Positions 9,501 through 19,045 of a DNA stretch of 64,000 nucleotides are shown piece after piece. The stretch's first letter is position 1. The number at the start of each line of letters is the position of its first letter. The stretch covers positions 393,152-457,151 of the forward strand of contig CAZOVJ010000001.1 in the NCBI GenBank assembly GCA_964583685.1, given 5' to 3'. The DNA is from an uncultured Gammaproteobacteria bacterium. GTDB taxonomy: Bacteria; Patescibacteriota; Microgenomatia; UBA8517. Made by a program: the position numbers and the translations under genes. The notes beneath the pieces were generated by a model. It made no database searches. It was not told where the DNA came from and saw nothing but the letters and a program-made list of their open reading frames with translations.

Positions 9501-11110
9501 AGAAATTTTTATTCGGATTTGGAATCATTTTAATTCTGATTCTCGGGCTTCTGTTTCGCCTTATCTGGTTGTCCAAATCTCCGCCCTCATTGAACTGGGA
9601 TGAGGCTGCCTTGGGGTACAATGCCTACTCACTTCTTTCAACCAGTAAGGATGAATTTGGTAATAGACTACCAATTTCTCTTCGTTCCTTTGATGATTAC
9701 AAACCGGCTCTTTATGCTTATGCGACCATTCCCTTCATATCTCTTTTCGGCTTAAACGAATTCGCGGTTAGACTCCCTTCTGCCATCTCCGGAACCCTAA
9801 GCATATTTTTTATCTATCTTCTTTGCCAGACTCTTTTCAAGAAAAGAAGCATCTCTCTAATTGCCGCCCTTCTACTGGCAATTGAGCCCTGGTCTGTTCA
9901 CTTCTCCCGAGCCGCCTTTGAAGCGAACCTTGCCCTAGCCCTTTTTCTCGCCGGAATTTATCTTCTCATCAAATCTCAACATAAAAACATTTATCCGTTT
10001 TTAGGCTTTTTTCTACTTGTGCTTTCTGCTTATGCCTACCACTGCCAAAAACTACTTTTTATGCCAGTCATTTTGGCCTCCTTATTGGCCTACAAAAAAT
10101 CACTGATAAAAAACAAGAAAACAATTATCCTTGTCCTTTCCATGACTTTTCTTCTTAGCCTGCCCTTAATAAACCAGTTTTTGTTTCATCAAGAAACCCT
10201 GGGCCGGCTCGGCTCGACCTCAATAATAAAAATCTGGCAAGACAAATTCTCTCAAACTCCAAATCTCTTGATTGAAAACCCGCTTTTTTTTATCGCTAAA
10301 GACCTGGGTTCACACTATCTCTCATATTTCTCACCAGTCAATCTCTTTGTTCGGGGAACAGGAGAACCAACTCAGCACATTCCCAACTTTGGCATGTTTT
10401 ACAACTTCGAATTTTTCTTTTGGCTAATCGGCTGCTTTTTGTTAATAAAGAACTTCAAAAAGCAAAAATTTTTAAGTTTTCTTATCCTGATCGCTCCCTT
10501 GCCGGCCGCCATTACCTGGAACTGGTTTTATCCGGCCAGGGTTTTACTGCTTTTTGCTCTTTTCTCAATATTAATTGCCTGGGGTTTTGAATACGTCTTT
10601 GCCTGGCTCCTTTCCGCCCGACGGCCTTTTCATCTTCTTCTCTTCTTGGCGATACTTATTTTTGGTCTCATCAATGCTGCCAACCTGGCAACCTCGCTTC
10701 TTTTCTATCTTCCCTATCAAGAACGGGGTAATTGGCAATTTGGCATGGGCGAAATAACCCAAGAAATTTCAAAAAACGAAAACAATTACCAGCAAGTTAT
10801 ATTTGAAACCAAAACCGCCCAACCCCATATTTTTGTTCTTTTTTATTCAAAATACCCACCTCGTCAATACCACCAAGAAATAGAGACTCTATCTAGGAAA
10901 AAATCCCCTAGGAAATGTTTTGATTTTGGAAAATACAAATTCCGAGATGTCTACTGGCCGAAGGATAAAAAACTAGCCAATACCCTTTTGGTTGGCCCGG
11001 AATCGAGCCTTCCCTTGGAAAAAATAAAAACCCAGGAAAATGTGAATTTTATTCAAGATGTAAGAGATTCAGAGGGAATTTTACTAGCCCGATTGGTTGG
11101 TTTGAGGTAA
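9476..11110 (+). CDS. GT-C ArnT/PMT-like glycosyltransferase (subfamily A)
   Basis: LNWDEAALGYNAYSLLSTSKDE, SFDDYKP, AIEPWSVHFSR, QPHIFVLFY. Confidence 0.85.
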   Translation: MDRLFQQIKKFLFGFGIILILILGLLFRLIWLSKSPPSLNWDEAALGYNAYSLLSTSKDEFGNRLPISLRSFDDYKPALYAYATIPFISLFGLNEFAVRLPSAISGTLSIFFIYLLCQTLFKKRSISLIAALLLAIEPWSVHFSRAAFEANLALALFLAGIYLLIKSQHKNIYPFLGFFLLVLSAYAYHCQKLLFMPVILASLLAYKKSLIKNKKTIILVLSMTFLLSLPLINQFLFHQETLGRLGSTSIIKIWQDKFSQTPNLLIENPLFFIAKDLGSHYLSYFSPVNLFVRGTGEPTQHIPNFGMFYNFEFFFWLIGCFLLIKNFKKQKFLSFLILIAPLPAAITWNWFYPARVLLLFALFSILIAWGFEYVFAWLLSARRPFHLLLFLAILIFGLINAANLATSLLFYLPYQERGNWQFGMGEITQEISKNENNYQQVIFETKTAQPHIFVLFYSKYPPRQYHQEIETLSRKKSPRKCFDFGKYKFRDVYWPKDKKLANTLLVGPESSLPLEKIKTQENVNFIQDVRDSEGILLARLVGLR

Positions 11111-12346
11111 AAGGACAATTAGCAAGAGCCAGAAGAAAACAAGAATATTAATAACTGATAGTGTTGGCATAAACCAGGCCGTGCGATAAATTAATTCTAA
11201 GCCAGCAAGAGGCGGTGCCCAGAAAAGGTGATAAAGATTGAGCAAGTGAGTGATGGAGAGAATAATATAAGGAATAAGCATCCCGGGAACTAGTCCAAGC
11301 AAAATTGTGGCAACAGGGAAAAAAGGGTAAAGATAACGTTCGTGAATACGAGTCATAAATAAAAAGCTTATTAGAGACAGCAAAACTAAGGCTGTAAAAA
11401 TCCTTTTATCTGAAAGTTTCTTTTTCTTCAACCAGAAAGTCGCTGCTATAATACCCGCTCCCAGCAAAACAAAACCCCAAATCCTGGCCGCTATGCCAAA
11501 ATATAGGCTCGAGTCCAAAACTTTTCCAGGATTAACTAACCACCAAAAATTAAATGCATTGGCAGTTAAATATCCTATCTCTCCGGGAAAAATCCTATTT
11601 TTATATAAATTAAAAAGCCATAAAAAGACATCGGTTTGGGGATGGAACCAAATCGAGACTACAAAGAGAGTTCCCAGTGAGACCAGAACGGCCTTAATCC
11701 ACAATTTCAGTTTGTAGCCTTGGACAAGAGCAATAACAAGTAGAATAGGAACAAATATGGCCAGAGAACCCTTAAAAAGCAAGGACAGAGTCATAGAAAA
11801 GGTAAATTTCAAGAAATCTTTTTTAAGCAAGTAATAAACTCCGATCAGGCCCAAGAAGTTAACCACACTATCTGTTTGACCCCAAATTGAAGAGTTATAC
11901 AAAGTAATTGGATTAAAAAGCCATACTGCACTTAATAATAGAGCTTTTTTGCTCTTTCTTTTTTTAAAGTAAGTATAAATTAACCAAGCAATACCCATAT
12001 CAGCAACAATTCCCGGAAGCTTTAGCAAAAGCACCATTCCCCGTTCTTCCCAAAACCAAATAAAACCAGAGGGAAAAATTCGAATAGTGTTATTTAAAAA
12101 CCAAGATAGTTTCTCTATCGCCAGCCAAACAGCTCTGGCAAAGGCAAAAGTAAGTATTGTCAAAGGTGGCTGATTAGGAGCAGAAAAGGGCCAACTTGCA
12201 CCTTCGTAAAAATTCTTCAGTCCTCGATCAAAGGCCAAGGTCGCCCAAGAAATGTTGTTGTTTAAATCACCATGATAAGCCACAAAAATCAAAGAGAGCC
12301 GGAAAACAAAAGCCAAGAGAAAAATTTTGAGAATCTTTTTTTTCAT
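11084..12346 (-). CDS. GT-C membrane glycosyltransferase (PIG-M/ALG6/GT87-like)
   Basis: YHGD, PNQPP, KLPGIVAD, FNP..YNSSIWGQTDS, NAFNFW, RIHERYLYP. Confidence 0.75.
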   Translation of the reverse strand: MKKKILKIFLLAFVFRLSLIFVAYHGDLNNNISWATLAFDRGLKNFYEGASWPFSAPNQPPLTILTFAFARAVWLAIEKLSWFLNNTIRIFPSGFIWFWEERGMVLLLKLPGIVADMGIAWLIYTYFKKRKSKKALLLSAVWLFNPITLYNSSIWGQTDSVVNFLGLIGVYYLLKKDFLKFTFSMTLSLLFKGSLAIFVPILLVIALVQGYKLKLWIKAVLVSLGTLFVVSIWFHPQTDVFLWLFNLYKNRIFPGEIGYLTANAFNFWWLVNPGKVLDSSLYFGIAARIWGFVLLGAGIIAATFWLKKKKLSDKRIFTALVLLSLISFLFMTRIHERYLYPFFPVATILLGLVPGMLIPYIILSITHLLNLYHLFWAPPLAGLELIYRTAWFMPTLSVINILVFFWLLLIVLLPQTNQSG

Positions 12347-13389
12347 AGATAGGCGAAAACTGTTAATAAAAAGGAGGCATAGAAAATTCTCTTATGCTTG
12401 TAAACATATTTGTAGCCAGCCAATAAGCCAAGAGGAAAAAACACAGCCAGATATCTCCTCAGCTCTTCCAAAAAAGGAGCAGGAACTATTGAGAAAACGA
12501 AAACCATTGTCAAAATTGACCAAGTTTTAATAAAAACTTCGTCATTTTTAAGGAGAAAAGCACCTTTATTTTTCATTATTTTGAAAAATAAGAAAAAGGA
12601 GAAAAGGCTGTAACTAATTCCGGAAATCAAGATTCGCCATTGTTTCCAATCAATAGCCCTAAAAATATCTAAAAATATTTGTAGTGGGCCTAGGTTAAAA
12701 CTATAAATTGTATGATAAACATCCAATTGATAAAAAATTGCCAGCCAACTCTTGGTAAAAAAAGAAAAATTAAAGATAAAAAGCAAGCCGGGGAAAATAA
12801 GATAAATCAAAGAGCTTTTAATGGCTAATTTTTCCTTTTTCTCCTTCAGCAGAAAAGCCAAAAGGCCTAAAAATATACAAAGCGAAACAGGCCTGACTAT
12901 CGTAGCATAACCGGATAATAAACTAGCCAAAAAATACTTTCTTTTATGAAAGCATAAATAAATAAGCATGAAGAGAGCGATAATCAGGGTTTCGGTACTA
13001 ATCTTACTGGTCTGCTCAAAAATTATTGGCGGAAAAAGGGTTATCCATAAAGAAAAAATCGGGTTTTTAGTCAACCGATAAGTAACAAAAAAAATAATAA
13101 ATAAACATAAGGCGCTGATTATCAAACCTGAAAATGGCAAATTGTGAATCACTGGATTTAAAAGAAAAATTAAAATCGGCAGTCCGGGAAGAAGCCTATT
13201 ATCTGCATATGTAAGGGTATTAGGAAAACTCCCAGATTCTAAAGCATTAGTATAGACTAAGAAATTTTCCTGCTCCAAGGAATCAGTTCCTATATTTAAG
13301 CCATGGGGATTTTTAGCTAGAAAAAGCAGGCAGTGTAAAAGAAGAGCAATGGCAAAATAAAAAAAACAAATTGACAGGTTTTTTCTCAT
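12343..13389 (-). CDS. Polytopic membrane protein, probable GT-C (PIG-V-like)
   Basis: RLLPGLP, FPP..STETL, ATIVRP, RRYL motifs resemble mannosyltransferase-like GT-Cs; very hydrophobic. Confidence 0.55.
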   Translation of the reverse strand: MRKNLSICFFYFAIALLLHCLLFLAKNPHGLNIGTDSLEQENFLVYTNALESGSFPNTLTYADNRLLPGLPILIFLLNPVIHNLPFSGLIISALCLFIIFFVTYRLTKNPIFSLWITLFPPIIFEQTSKISTETLIIALFMLIYLCFHKRKYFLASLLSGYATIVRPVSLCIFLGLLAFLLKEKKEKLAIKSSLIYLIFPGLLFIFNFSFFTKSWLAIFYQLDVYHTIYSFNLGPLQIFLDIFRAIDWKQWRILISGISYSLFSFFLFFKIMKNKGAFLLKNDEVFIKTWSILTMVFVFSIVPAPFLEELRRYLAVFFPLGLLAGYKYVYKHKRIFYASFLLTVFAYL

Positions 13390-15110
13390 TCTTGAGATTT
13401 TCCTTTAAACAAATAAAAGGCTGGCTCGCCGGAGGGAAAGGAAATTGCTTTAACTATTTCTAAATCTTCGGGAACCCGCTCCGGCTCCATGATTAAATTC
13501 ACCTTAATCTCTTTTTCCGTTGCCAGATAGAGGGTTTGCTCATCCAAAACCTGTCCCCAAGAATAAAAACCATCACCTCCTGGCGAGCCAAAATAGAATT
13601 TGTCAATATGAGAAACTTCGCCAAACCCCTTCAAATAAACTTTATTGTTCAAAGGAAACTCTTTTTGCCATTTATCAGGAGGATACTGATACCAAGCGGC
13701 AAAAAATACCCATGGCGGTTCATTGGTGGTTGAAATTATCACCTTATCATAGTTTTTCTCGAGCGCTTTAATAGATTGAATCGATTCCTGAAAGCCAGCA
13801 TGCCACCATCGCTCAGAATACCAGGGATTGTGCACCCAAAAATTGTGTTGGTAAAAGATAAAACTGAGAACAAAAAAGGATAAATAAATACCCATAAACA
13901 AAAACTTAAAATTTTTCGGCAACCTTCTCAAGCTCTCTAAGAGTCCATAGGCAATCAAAAATATAAGCGGAGGAAGGATTAAAATAAGCCGAGTGGCGTG
14001 TTTACCCCCTTCCCGAGTAATAGCTGCCGGAACAACTCCCACCAAGAGCCAAAAAGCAATCAGGCTTTTAATTTTCTTGTTCCTAAATCGGCTGAAGAAT
14101 AAAATCAGACCCAAAATAAGAGGAATTACTTCAATCTTATAAAACTGGCCAATACCTTCAATTGAATGGCGCAAATTTAAATCTCCTTTGTTAAAGAGAA
14201 AATCTGTTGAAAAGCTCTCAAAGTAATTGCTGAGAATATTTGAGCCCCAAAAAGTAAACTTATTATGAAAAAGTCTATCAATAATCGTTGGCTGCAGGCC
14301 TTCTCCCAGTTCTCCTCGCATCCGGGCATCAATCAACCTGCTAAATCCCACTTCAGATTCGGTCGTTGGGTCTGTCAGGACACTGATATAGCCGAACCTG
14401 GCTGCCCCGCCGCTAAAAAGAGTACTGTAAACAATGGGCAAACCGACGATGAGCAGGGCCAGGAAACTGGTAAGCAGGTGCTTCTGAGAAAGCTTAAATA
14501 TTTCTTTCCTCCAAATCAGGAAAAGAAAGAGCAAAAGAAAAGGCGTAAAAAGCTTGGCTGTGCTGTAAACCCAGGGAGTCAGACCAAAACAAAGGGCTGA
14601 GAGCCACAGCCACTTACCGTTCTTTAAGGATTTGAAAAATAAATAAAGGCCGATGAGCAAGAAAAAAAGAAGCTGAGTAACCTCGAAAGCAGCCCGACTG
14701 TATTGAATGTGCCAGGGAGAAAATGTCAAGACTGCGGCTGAAATAAGGGCAAAACACTCATCTTTTGTTATTTCCTTGACCAACAGATACAATGCCCAAA
14801 TACCAAGTATGCCAAAAATGACTGCCGCTAATCTGACCCCCAACGGACTGATTCCAAAGAGGGCAACCGTGGGCACAGTAGAATAAAGATAGAGGGGAGT
14901 CCGCCATTCTGCCAGAGAATGAAAGTGCAAGGGCCAAGGATTTCCTGAATAGTCTTTTCCTGTTTTTAAAATAGAATAAGCTTGATAGCCAACATCCAGC
15001 TCGTCGCCAAACAAAGATACAGGAACTTGCTCGATCCTCCAAAGACGAAGAAAGACTGCAACTGCCAATATCAAAAATAAGATAACTAATTTTTTCTTTT
15101 TCTCATACAT
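13386..15110 (-). CDS. GT-C ArnT/PMT-like glycosyltransferase (subfamily A)
   Basis: LFGDELDVGYQAYSILKTGKDY, FSPWHIQYSR; ATG 15110 preferred as start. Confidence 0.85.
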   Translation of the reverse strand: MYEKKKKLVILFLILAVAVFLRLWRIEQVPVSLFGDELDVGYQAYSILKTGKDYSGNPWPLHFHSLAEWRTPLYLYSTVPTVALFGISPLGVRLAAVIFGILGIWALYLLVKEITKDECFALISAAVLTFSPWHIQYSRAAFEVTQLLFFLLIGLYLFFKSLKNGKWLWLSALCFGLTPWVYSTAKLFTPFLLLFLFLIWRKEIFKLSQKHLLTSFLALLIVGLPIVYSTLFSGGAARFGYISVLTDPTTESEVGFSRLIDARMRGELGEGLQPTIIDRLFHNKFTFWGSNILSNYFESFSTDFLFNKGDLNLRHSIEGIGQFYKIEVIPLILGLILFFSRFRNKKIKSLIAFWLLVGVVPAAITREGGKHATRLILILPPLIFLIAYGLLESLRRLPKNFKFLFMGIYLSFFVLSFIFYQHNFWVHNPWYSERWWHAGFQESIQSIKALEKNYDKVIISTTNEPPWVFFAAWYQYPPDKWQKEFPLNNKVYLKGFGEVSHIDKFYFGSPGGDGFYSWGQVLDEQTLYLATEKEIKVNLIMEPERVPEDLEIVKAISFPSGEPAFYLFKGKSQE

Positions 15111-15895
15111 ATTTTCTGACCAGACCAAAGAATGAAATTAAACAGATAATGTTTTAATACCCCGTGGTAAATTTTACTAGATGAAACAAGAAATTTCATC
15201 TTACCAGCACTGGCTCCGTGCTGGTGGATAACCTTAGCTGTAGGTAAATAATAAACCTTTAAACCTAGTTCCTTAACCCGGCGACAATAATCAAGGTCCT
15301 CAAAATACATAAAATAGCGCTCGTCCAAAAGCCCTACCCTTTTTCTTGCTTCTGGGGTAATCAAAAAGGCTGCCCCGACTATTGCCTCCACTTCTTCAGG
15401 CCTATCTAGTCTGGGTGCATATTTATCCAGAAGGCTCTTTTTTCCCAACCAATATTGTCTGATGGCCCGAGAAATGGTTGGCAATCTATAAACAGATGCT
15501 TGAACCTTTTTGTCGGGGTGCAAAAGTCTGGGGCCGACAACGCCTGCGTCAGTTGTTTCTTTGGCAAAATAATAGAGCTTGTCAATTGCTGCTTTTTTAA
15601 CCTCTGTATCCGAATTTAAAAGCAAAATAAATTCAGCCTTGGCCCTTTTTATGCCCTGGTTATTCGCTTTGGCAAATCCGAGATTCTCCTTATTTCTGAT
15701 AATTTTGATTTTTGTCCTGCAGCGGCGGGATTGATTTTTGATTTTATAGAGGGCGGCAACCGATCCATCGGTTGAGCCATTATCTACCACAATCACCTCA
15801 TACTTTATTTTTGGTTTTGATGTAAAAATAGAATTAAGACACCTAAGTAATAACTTTTTGGTATTAAAATTAACAATAATTATTGAAAGATTCAT
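15086..15895 (-). CDS. GT2 glycosyltransferase (WbbL/rhamnosyltransferase-like)
   Basis: SIIIVNFN, VVDNGSTDGS, NLGFAKANN, LLNSD, YFEDLDYC. Confidence 0.85.
   Translation of the reverse strand: MNLSIIIVNFNTKKLLLRCLNSIFTSKPKIKYEVIVVDNGSTDGSVAALYKIKNQSRRCRTKIKIIRNKENLGFAKANNQGIKRAKAEFILLLNSDTEVKKAAIDKLYYFAKETTDAGVVGPRLLHPDKKVQASVYRLPTISRAIRQYWLGKKSLLDKYAPRLDRPEEVEAIVGAAFLITPEARKRVGLLDERYFMYFEDLDYCRRVKELGLKVYYLPTAKVIHQHGASAGKMKFLVSSSKIYHGVLKHYLFNFILWSGQKICMRKRKN
15701..15747. repeat. Heptamer array (ATTTTTG-like) with a nested 16-bp GC palindrome
   Basis: aattttg atttttg [tcctgc agcg gcggga] ttg atttttg attttat; encodes KIKNQSRRCRTKIKI. Confidence 0.7.
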
Positions 15896-16809
15896 ATTTC
15901 TGTATTAAACCTGGCAAAAATTGCCTCATCAGAAACAATTGCTTCTCTTTTTTCTCTTTCTCTTAACCTTCTCAAAGTTTTAATTTTTAAGAGGGCCACC
16001 AAAACAGGTATCAAATAACCGGGATTCTTAAAAATTCTTAAGAATAAACCGCTTAAGTGCTTTTTGAAAAGAATCGGGCTGGTCAAATTTTTCCAGATAA
16101 AAAGCAGCTGATTTCTTTCTTTGATAATATTCAACCGGCGTTTGCTAAAATTATTCGGATTAACAGTCGCTTCATGCTGATGAATCACCTTTGATTTTGG
16201 CTCCCATAAAAGTTGATAGCCTCGCTTTAGTGCACGATAGCATATATCAATATCCTCCCAATAAAATGGCGAGAAAAGCTTTTCATCCATACCCTTAAGA
16301 CTCATCCAAATACTTCTTTTAAATACACCGCTTCCTCCATTGACCCAAAAAGTTGGGCTCGCTTTTCTCTTCTCTTTCCCAGGTGAATGAACGATAAAAC
16401 CTTTGCTAAACTTTGCCAGAGCATAACCATAACCTTTCTCATGAAGAGAAACAGCAAAAACTTTCTTGTTTTTAAAATGGCTAATAGCCTTTTCCAGAAA
16501 ATTCTTACTTGGCGCCACGTCGGTATTCAAAAGACAAATTAATTCCGACCTGGCCATTCTCACCCCGGTATTAACCGCCGCCGAAAAGCCCCGATTTTCT
16601 TTGTGTCTGATAAGCTTAAATTGAGAGGCAAAATTTTTCTTTAGATAGTCAACTGAAGAGTCTGTTGATTTATCATCAACAACAATAATCTCGCGAATTT
16701 TATTACTTCGCTGTGTTTGGGTTTGCAAAACCTTGGGAAAATTTTTTTCAAGCAGCTTTCTCCCATTCCAATTTGGAATAACAATGGAAACAGTCAAATT
16801 TTGAACCAT
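15892..16809 (-). CDS. GT2 glycosyltransferase
   Basis: SIVIPNWNG, VVDDKSTD, NRGFSAAVN, LLNTD, YWEDIDIC. Confidence 0.85.
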   Translation of the reverse strand: MVQNLTVSIVIPNWNGRKLLEKNFPKVLQTQTQRSNKIREIIVVDDKSTDSSVDYLKKNFASQFKLIRHKENRGFSAAVNTGVRMARSELICLLNTDVAPSKNFLEKAISHFKNKKVFAVSLHEKGYGYALAKFSKGFIVHSPGKEKRKASPTFWVNGGSGVFKRSIWMSLKGMDEKLFSPFYWEDIDICYRALKRGYQLLWEPKSKVIHQHEATVNPNNFSKRRLNIIKERNQLLFIWKNLTSPILFKKHLSGLFLRIFKNPGYLIPVLVALLKIKTLRRLREREKREAIVSDEAIFARFNTEI

Positions 16810-16810
16810 T

Positions 16811-17461
16811 TTACAGCTTGCGCACCTTTATCAGATGTAACATTCCTAATAAGAATTTTCTATCTTCCTCTATTTTAAACCCGGCATTCTTTACCAGACG
16901 CGATAAATAATTATTCCTAAAACTCTGGATGTGAGTATGCTCCCAAATCTTTCCCCTAAACTTTGTCCAAATAAACCAGACAGCCTTGAACAAAATAGAA
17001 TCAGATGGCACTAAGAATACTGCATATCCCTTTCTTTTGAGAACTCTTTTAATTTCTTTGAGAACATTCTTTGGTTGATAAATATGCTCTAAGACCTCAA
17101 GCATAAAAACCGCATCAAAGCTTTGCGTCTTGAAATTAAGCTTATGAGCATCGCCAAGTTTAAACTTCATTTTCCTATTTCTTCGCCAATGTCTATTGGC
17201 CCAATCGACAGAGGTCTTTAAAACATCAATGCCGACCAGTTCGTCTGCCTTGGATTTATCAAGAATAACCTTACTGAAAGTTCCATCAGCACTACCAATA
17301 TCTAAAATCCTCCCACCACTGGGCTCAATTAACTTGGCCACTTCCTCAAAACGTCTGGTGTGCCAAAAGCGTTGAAAAATATTCTCTTTAATAGAGCGAT
17401 AATACCAGTCAGGGGGAACATGACTGTGCAGATCGGCCGCACTTTTAAGCCTTTTATTCAT
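16811..17461 (-). CDS. Class I SAM-dependent methyltransferase
   Basis: ILDIGSADG, GIDV, GDAHKL, FDAVFMLEVLEHI, RVLKRKG. Confidence 0.85.
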   Translation of the reverse strand: MNKRLKSAADLHSHVPPDWYYRSIKENIFQRFWHTRRFEEVAKLIEPSGGRILDIGSADGTFSKVILDKSKADELVGIDVLKTSVDWANRHWRRNRKMKFKLGDAHKLNFKTQSFDAVFMLEVLEHIYQPKNVLKEIKRVLKRKGYAVFLVPSDSILFKAVWFIWTKFRGKIWEHTHIQSFRNNYLSRLVKNAGFKIEEDRKFLLGMLHLIKVRKL

Positions 17462-19028
17462 TAGTAGTTCCCTTAATTCTTTTTTGGATTCTTATTTCTC
17501 CAAAGCGTTTCTCATCAATTAAGGTTGAAAAAGCATCCTCCTCTGCAATTGTTGCAGACAAATAGCGCTGAGGAATACCGCCCATGGGCTCAAGAATTAA
17601 GTAATACAACTCTGTACTTTCTTTTGTGGTTGGCAAACTATCAAGCAGGCCAATCTGGTTTCTACCGTGCCACTCAGGTAAATAGTCATAGTTTGCCAAG
17701 CCATGCCATTTGTAAAGATATGCCCAGACAATGTTAATCCACAAGGGGCTGGTCAAAGAATTCAAACTAAAAGGCTCACCCTCGGCTTCTCTATATGTGT
17801 AATCAATCGCTTTTAACTGCTTTGCCAAAAGCATATCTTTTTGGATAGCAAAAAGAGTACTTCCTTTAGGATTCTCTCTCATAATCATGCCCAAGTTGCC
17901 AAAAATCAAGAGCAGTAAAATAAAAACAGCAATAAGTTTACCTGCCTGCGCAGACAGGTATTGTTTCTCCCACAAGTTATATAAAAATATGGCCATGATA
18001 ATAGATACTGCTGGCCCAATTCCAACCATCAAAAAGGGCGTGCTTGTCCCACCAACCGTCACCACGGCTAAATGACTTAATAACCAACTGGCTAAAAAAG
18101 GACCCCAAGAAATCCGTTGACTGACGGACACGCCCTTTTTTTGTTTTTTCCACTGAAGCAAGGCCAAAACAATTAAGGCAATAACAAAAGCACCACCATA
18201 ACCTATATTCCCCGGATAGCTGTTGAAAGCAAAAATACGGCCAATTTGATTAAGATAAAGAATCAAGTAGTCTCCAAGGGATTTGGCATAAGCCAAAGAC
18301 GCCTCTTGAGCTAAAGCCAACTGTTTTAGGCCGGACAAACTCTTAAAACCAAACTTAACTTCTGCTAAGACCATTGTAGACAAAGAAGCGAAAAGAAATA
18401 AAACAAAAGTAATAAATTGTTTCCTTTGTAATCTTTTCCTGCTGAGCCACAACCACAAAGCAACTGGAACAAGGTGATAGGCAAGAAAGATTTCTGCCTG
18501 GATACTTAAGCCCAAACCCAATGCCGCCAGGGCCGGCCCCCACTTCTTTTTTCCCGCCTTAATCCAGGCCCAAAGGCCAAGATAAATAAGGGGAACTGTC
18601 CAAACCCCTATGGTTGGATTGGAAAGCCAGGTGGCGTATTGGGTTGCCTCAAATGAAATGGCAAAAAGAAATGCGGCTAAAAAGGCTGCCCCTTTTTTCT
18701 TTGTCAAAAGATAAGTTAAGTAAAAGACAACAAAAACAGTTGCGGCATTAAACAGAGCGACCCAGTATGCTGCAATAACAGGACTTCCCTTTCCAATCCA
18801 ATATCCTGGAGCCAAAAAATAATAGTAAAAAACTCCATGATAAAGACCGGGTGTTGACGCAGGCGGGCCCAAAATCTTTAAATCACCATGGACAATTTCC
18901 TGAGAGACATAGGCATCTCTTGCCTGATCATAACCAAAGGTAAGCGCTAGTTTTGGTAAAAATAAAACCCTCAAGAAGTAAGCTAACAAAAAAATACTGA
19001 AGATAATTATCAGGTCAACTTTTTTCAT
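17454..19028 (-). CDS. GT-C ArnT-like glycosyltransferase (subfamily B)
   Basis: FGYDQARD, ILGPPAS.PGLYHGVFYYYFLAP, WLSNPT. Confidence 0.8.
   Translation of the reverse strand: MKKVDLIIIFSIFLLAYFLRVLFLPKLALTFGYDQARDAYVSQEIVHGDLKILGPPASTPGLYHGVFYYYFLAPGYWIGKGSPVIAAYWVALFNAATVFVVFYLTYLLTKKKGAAFLAAFLFAISFEATQYATWLSNPTIGVWTVPLIYLGLWAWIKAGKKKWGPALAALGLGLSIQAEIFLAYHLVPVALWLWLSRKRLQRKQFITFVLFLFASLSTMVLAEVKFGFKSLSGLKQLALAQEASLAYAKSLGDYLILYLNQIGRIFAFNSYPGNIGYGGAFVIALIVLALLQWKKQKKGVSVSQRISWGPFLASWLLSHLAVVTVGGTSTPFLMVGIGPAVSIIMAIFLYNLWEKQYLSAQAGKLIAVFILLLLIFGNLGMIMRENPKGSTLFAIQKDMLLAKQLKAIDYTYREAEGEPFSLNSLTSPLWINIVWAYLYKWHGLANYDYLPEWHGRNQIGLLDSLPTTKESTELYYLILEPMGGIPQRYLSATIAEEDAFSTLIDEKRFGEIRIQKRIKGTTNE
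17939..17960. repeat. 22-bp near-perfect palindrome inside a CDS
   Basis: TACCTGCCTGCGCAGACAGGTA; encodes YLSAQAG. Confidence 0.8.
18113..18128. repeat. 16-bp palindromic insert inside a CDS
   Basis: TCCGT-TGACTG-ACGGA; encodes SVSQR. Confidence 0.55.
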
Positions 19029-19045
19029 AAACCAACTTTAGGCAA

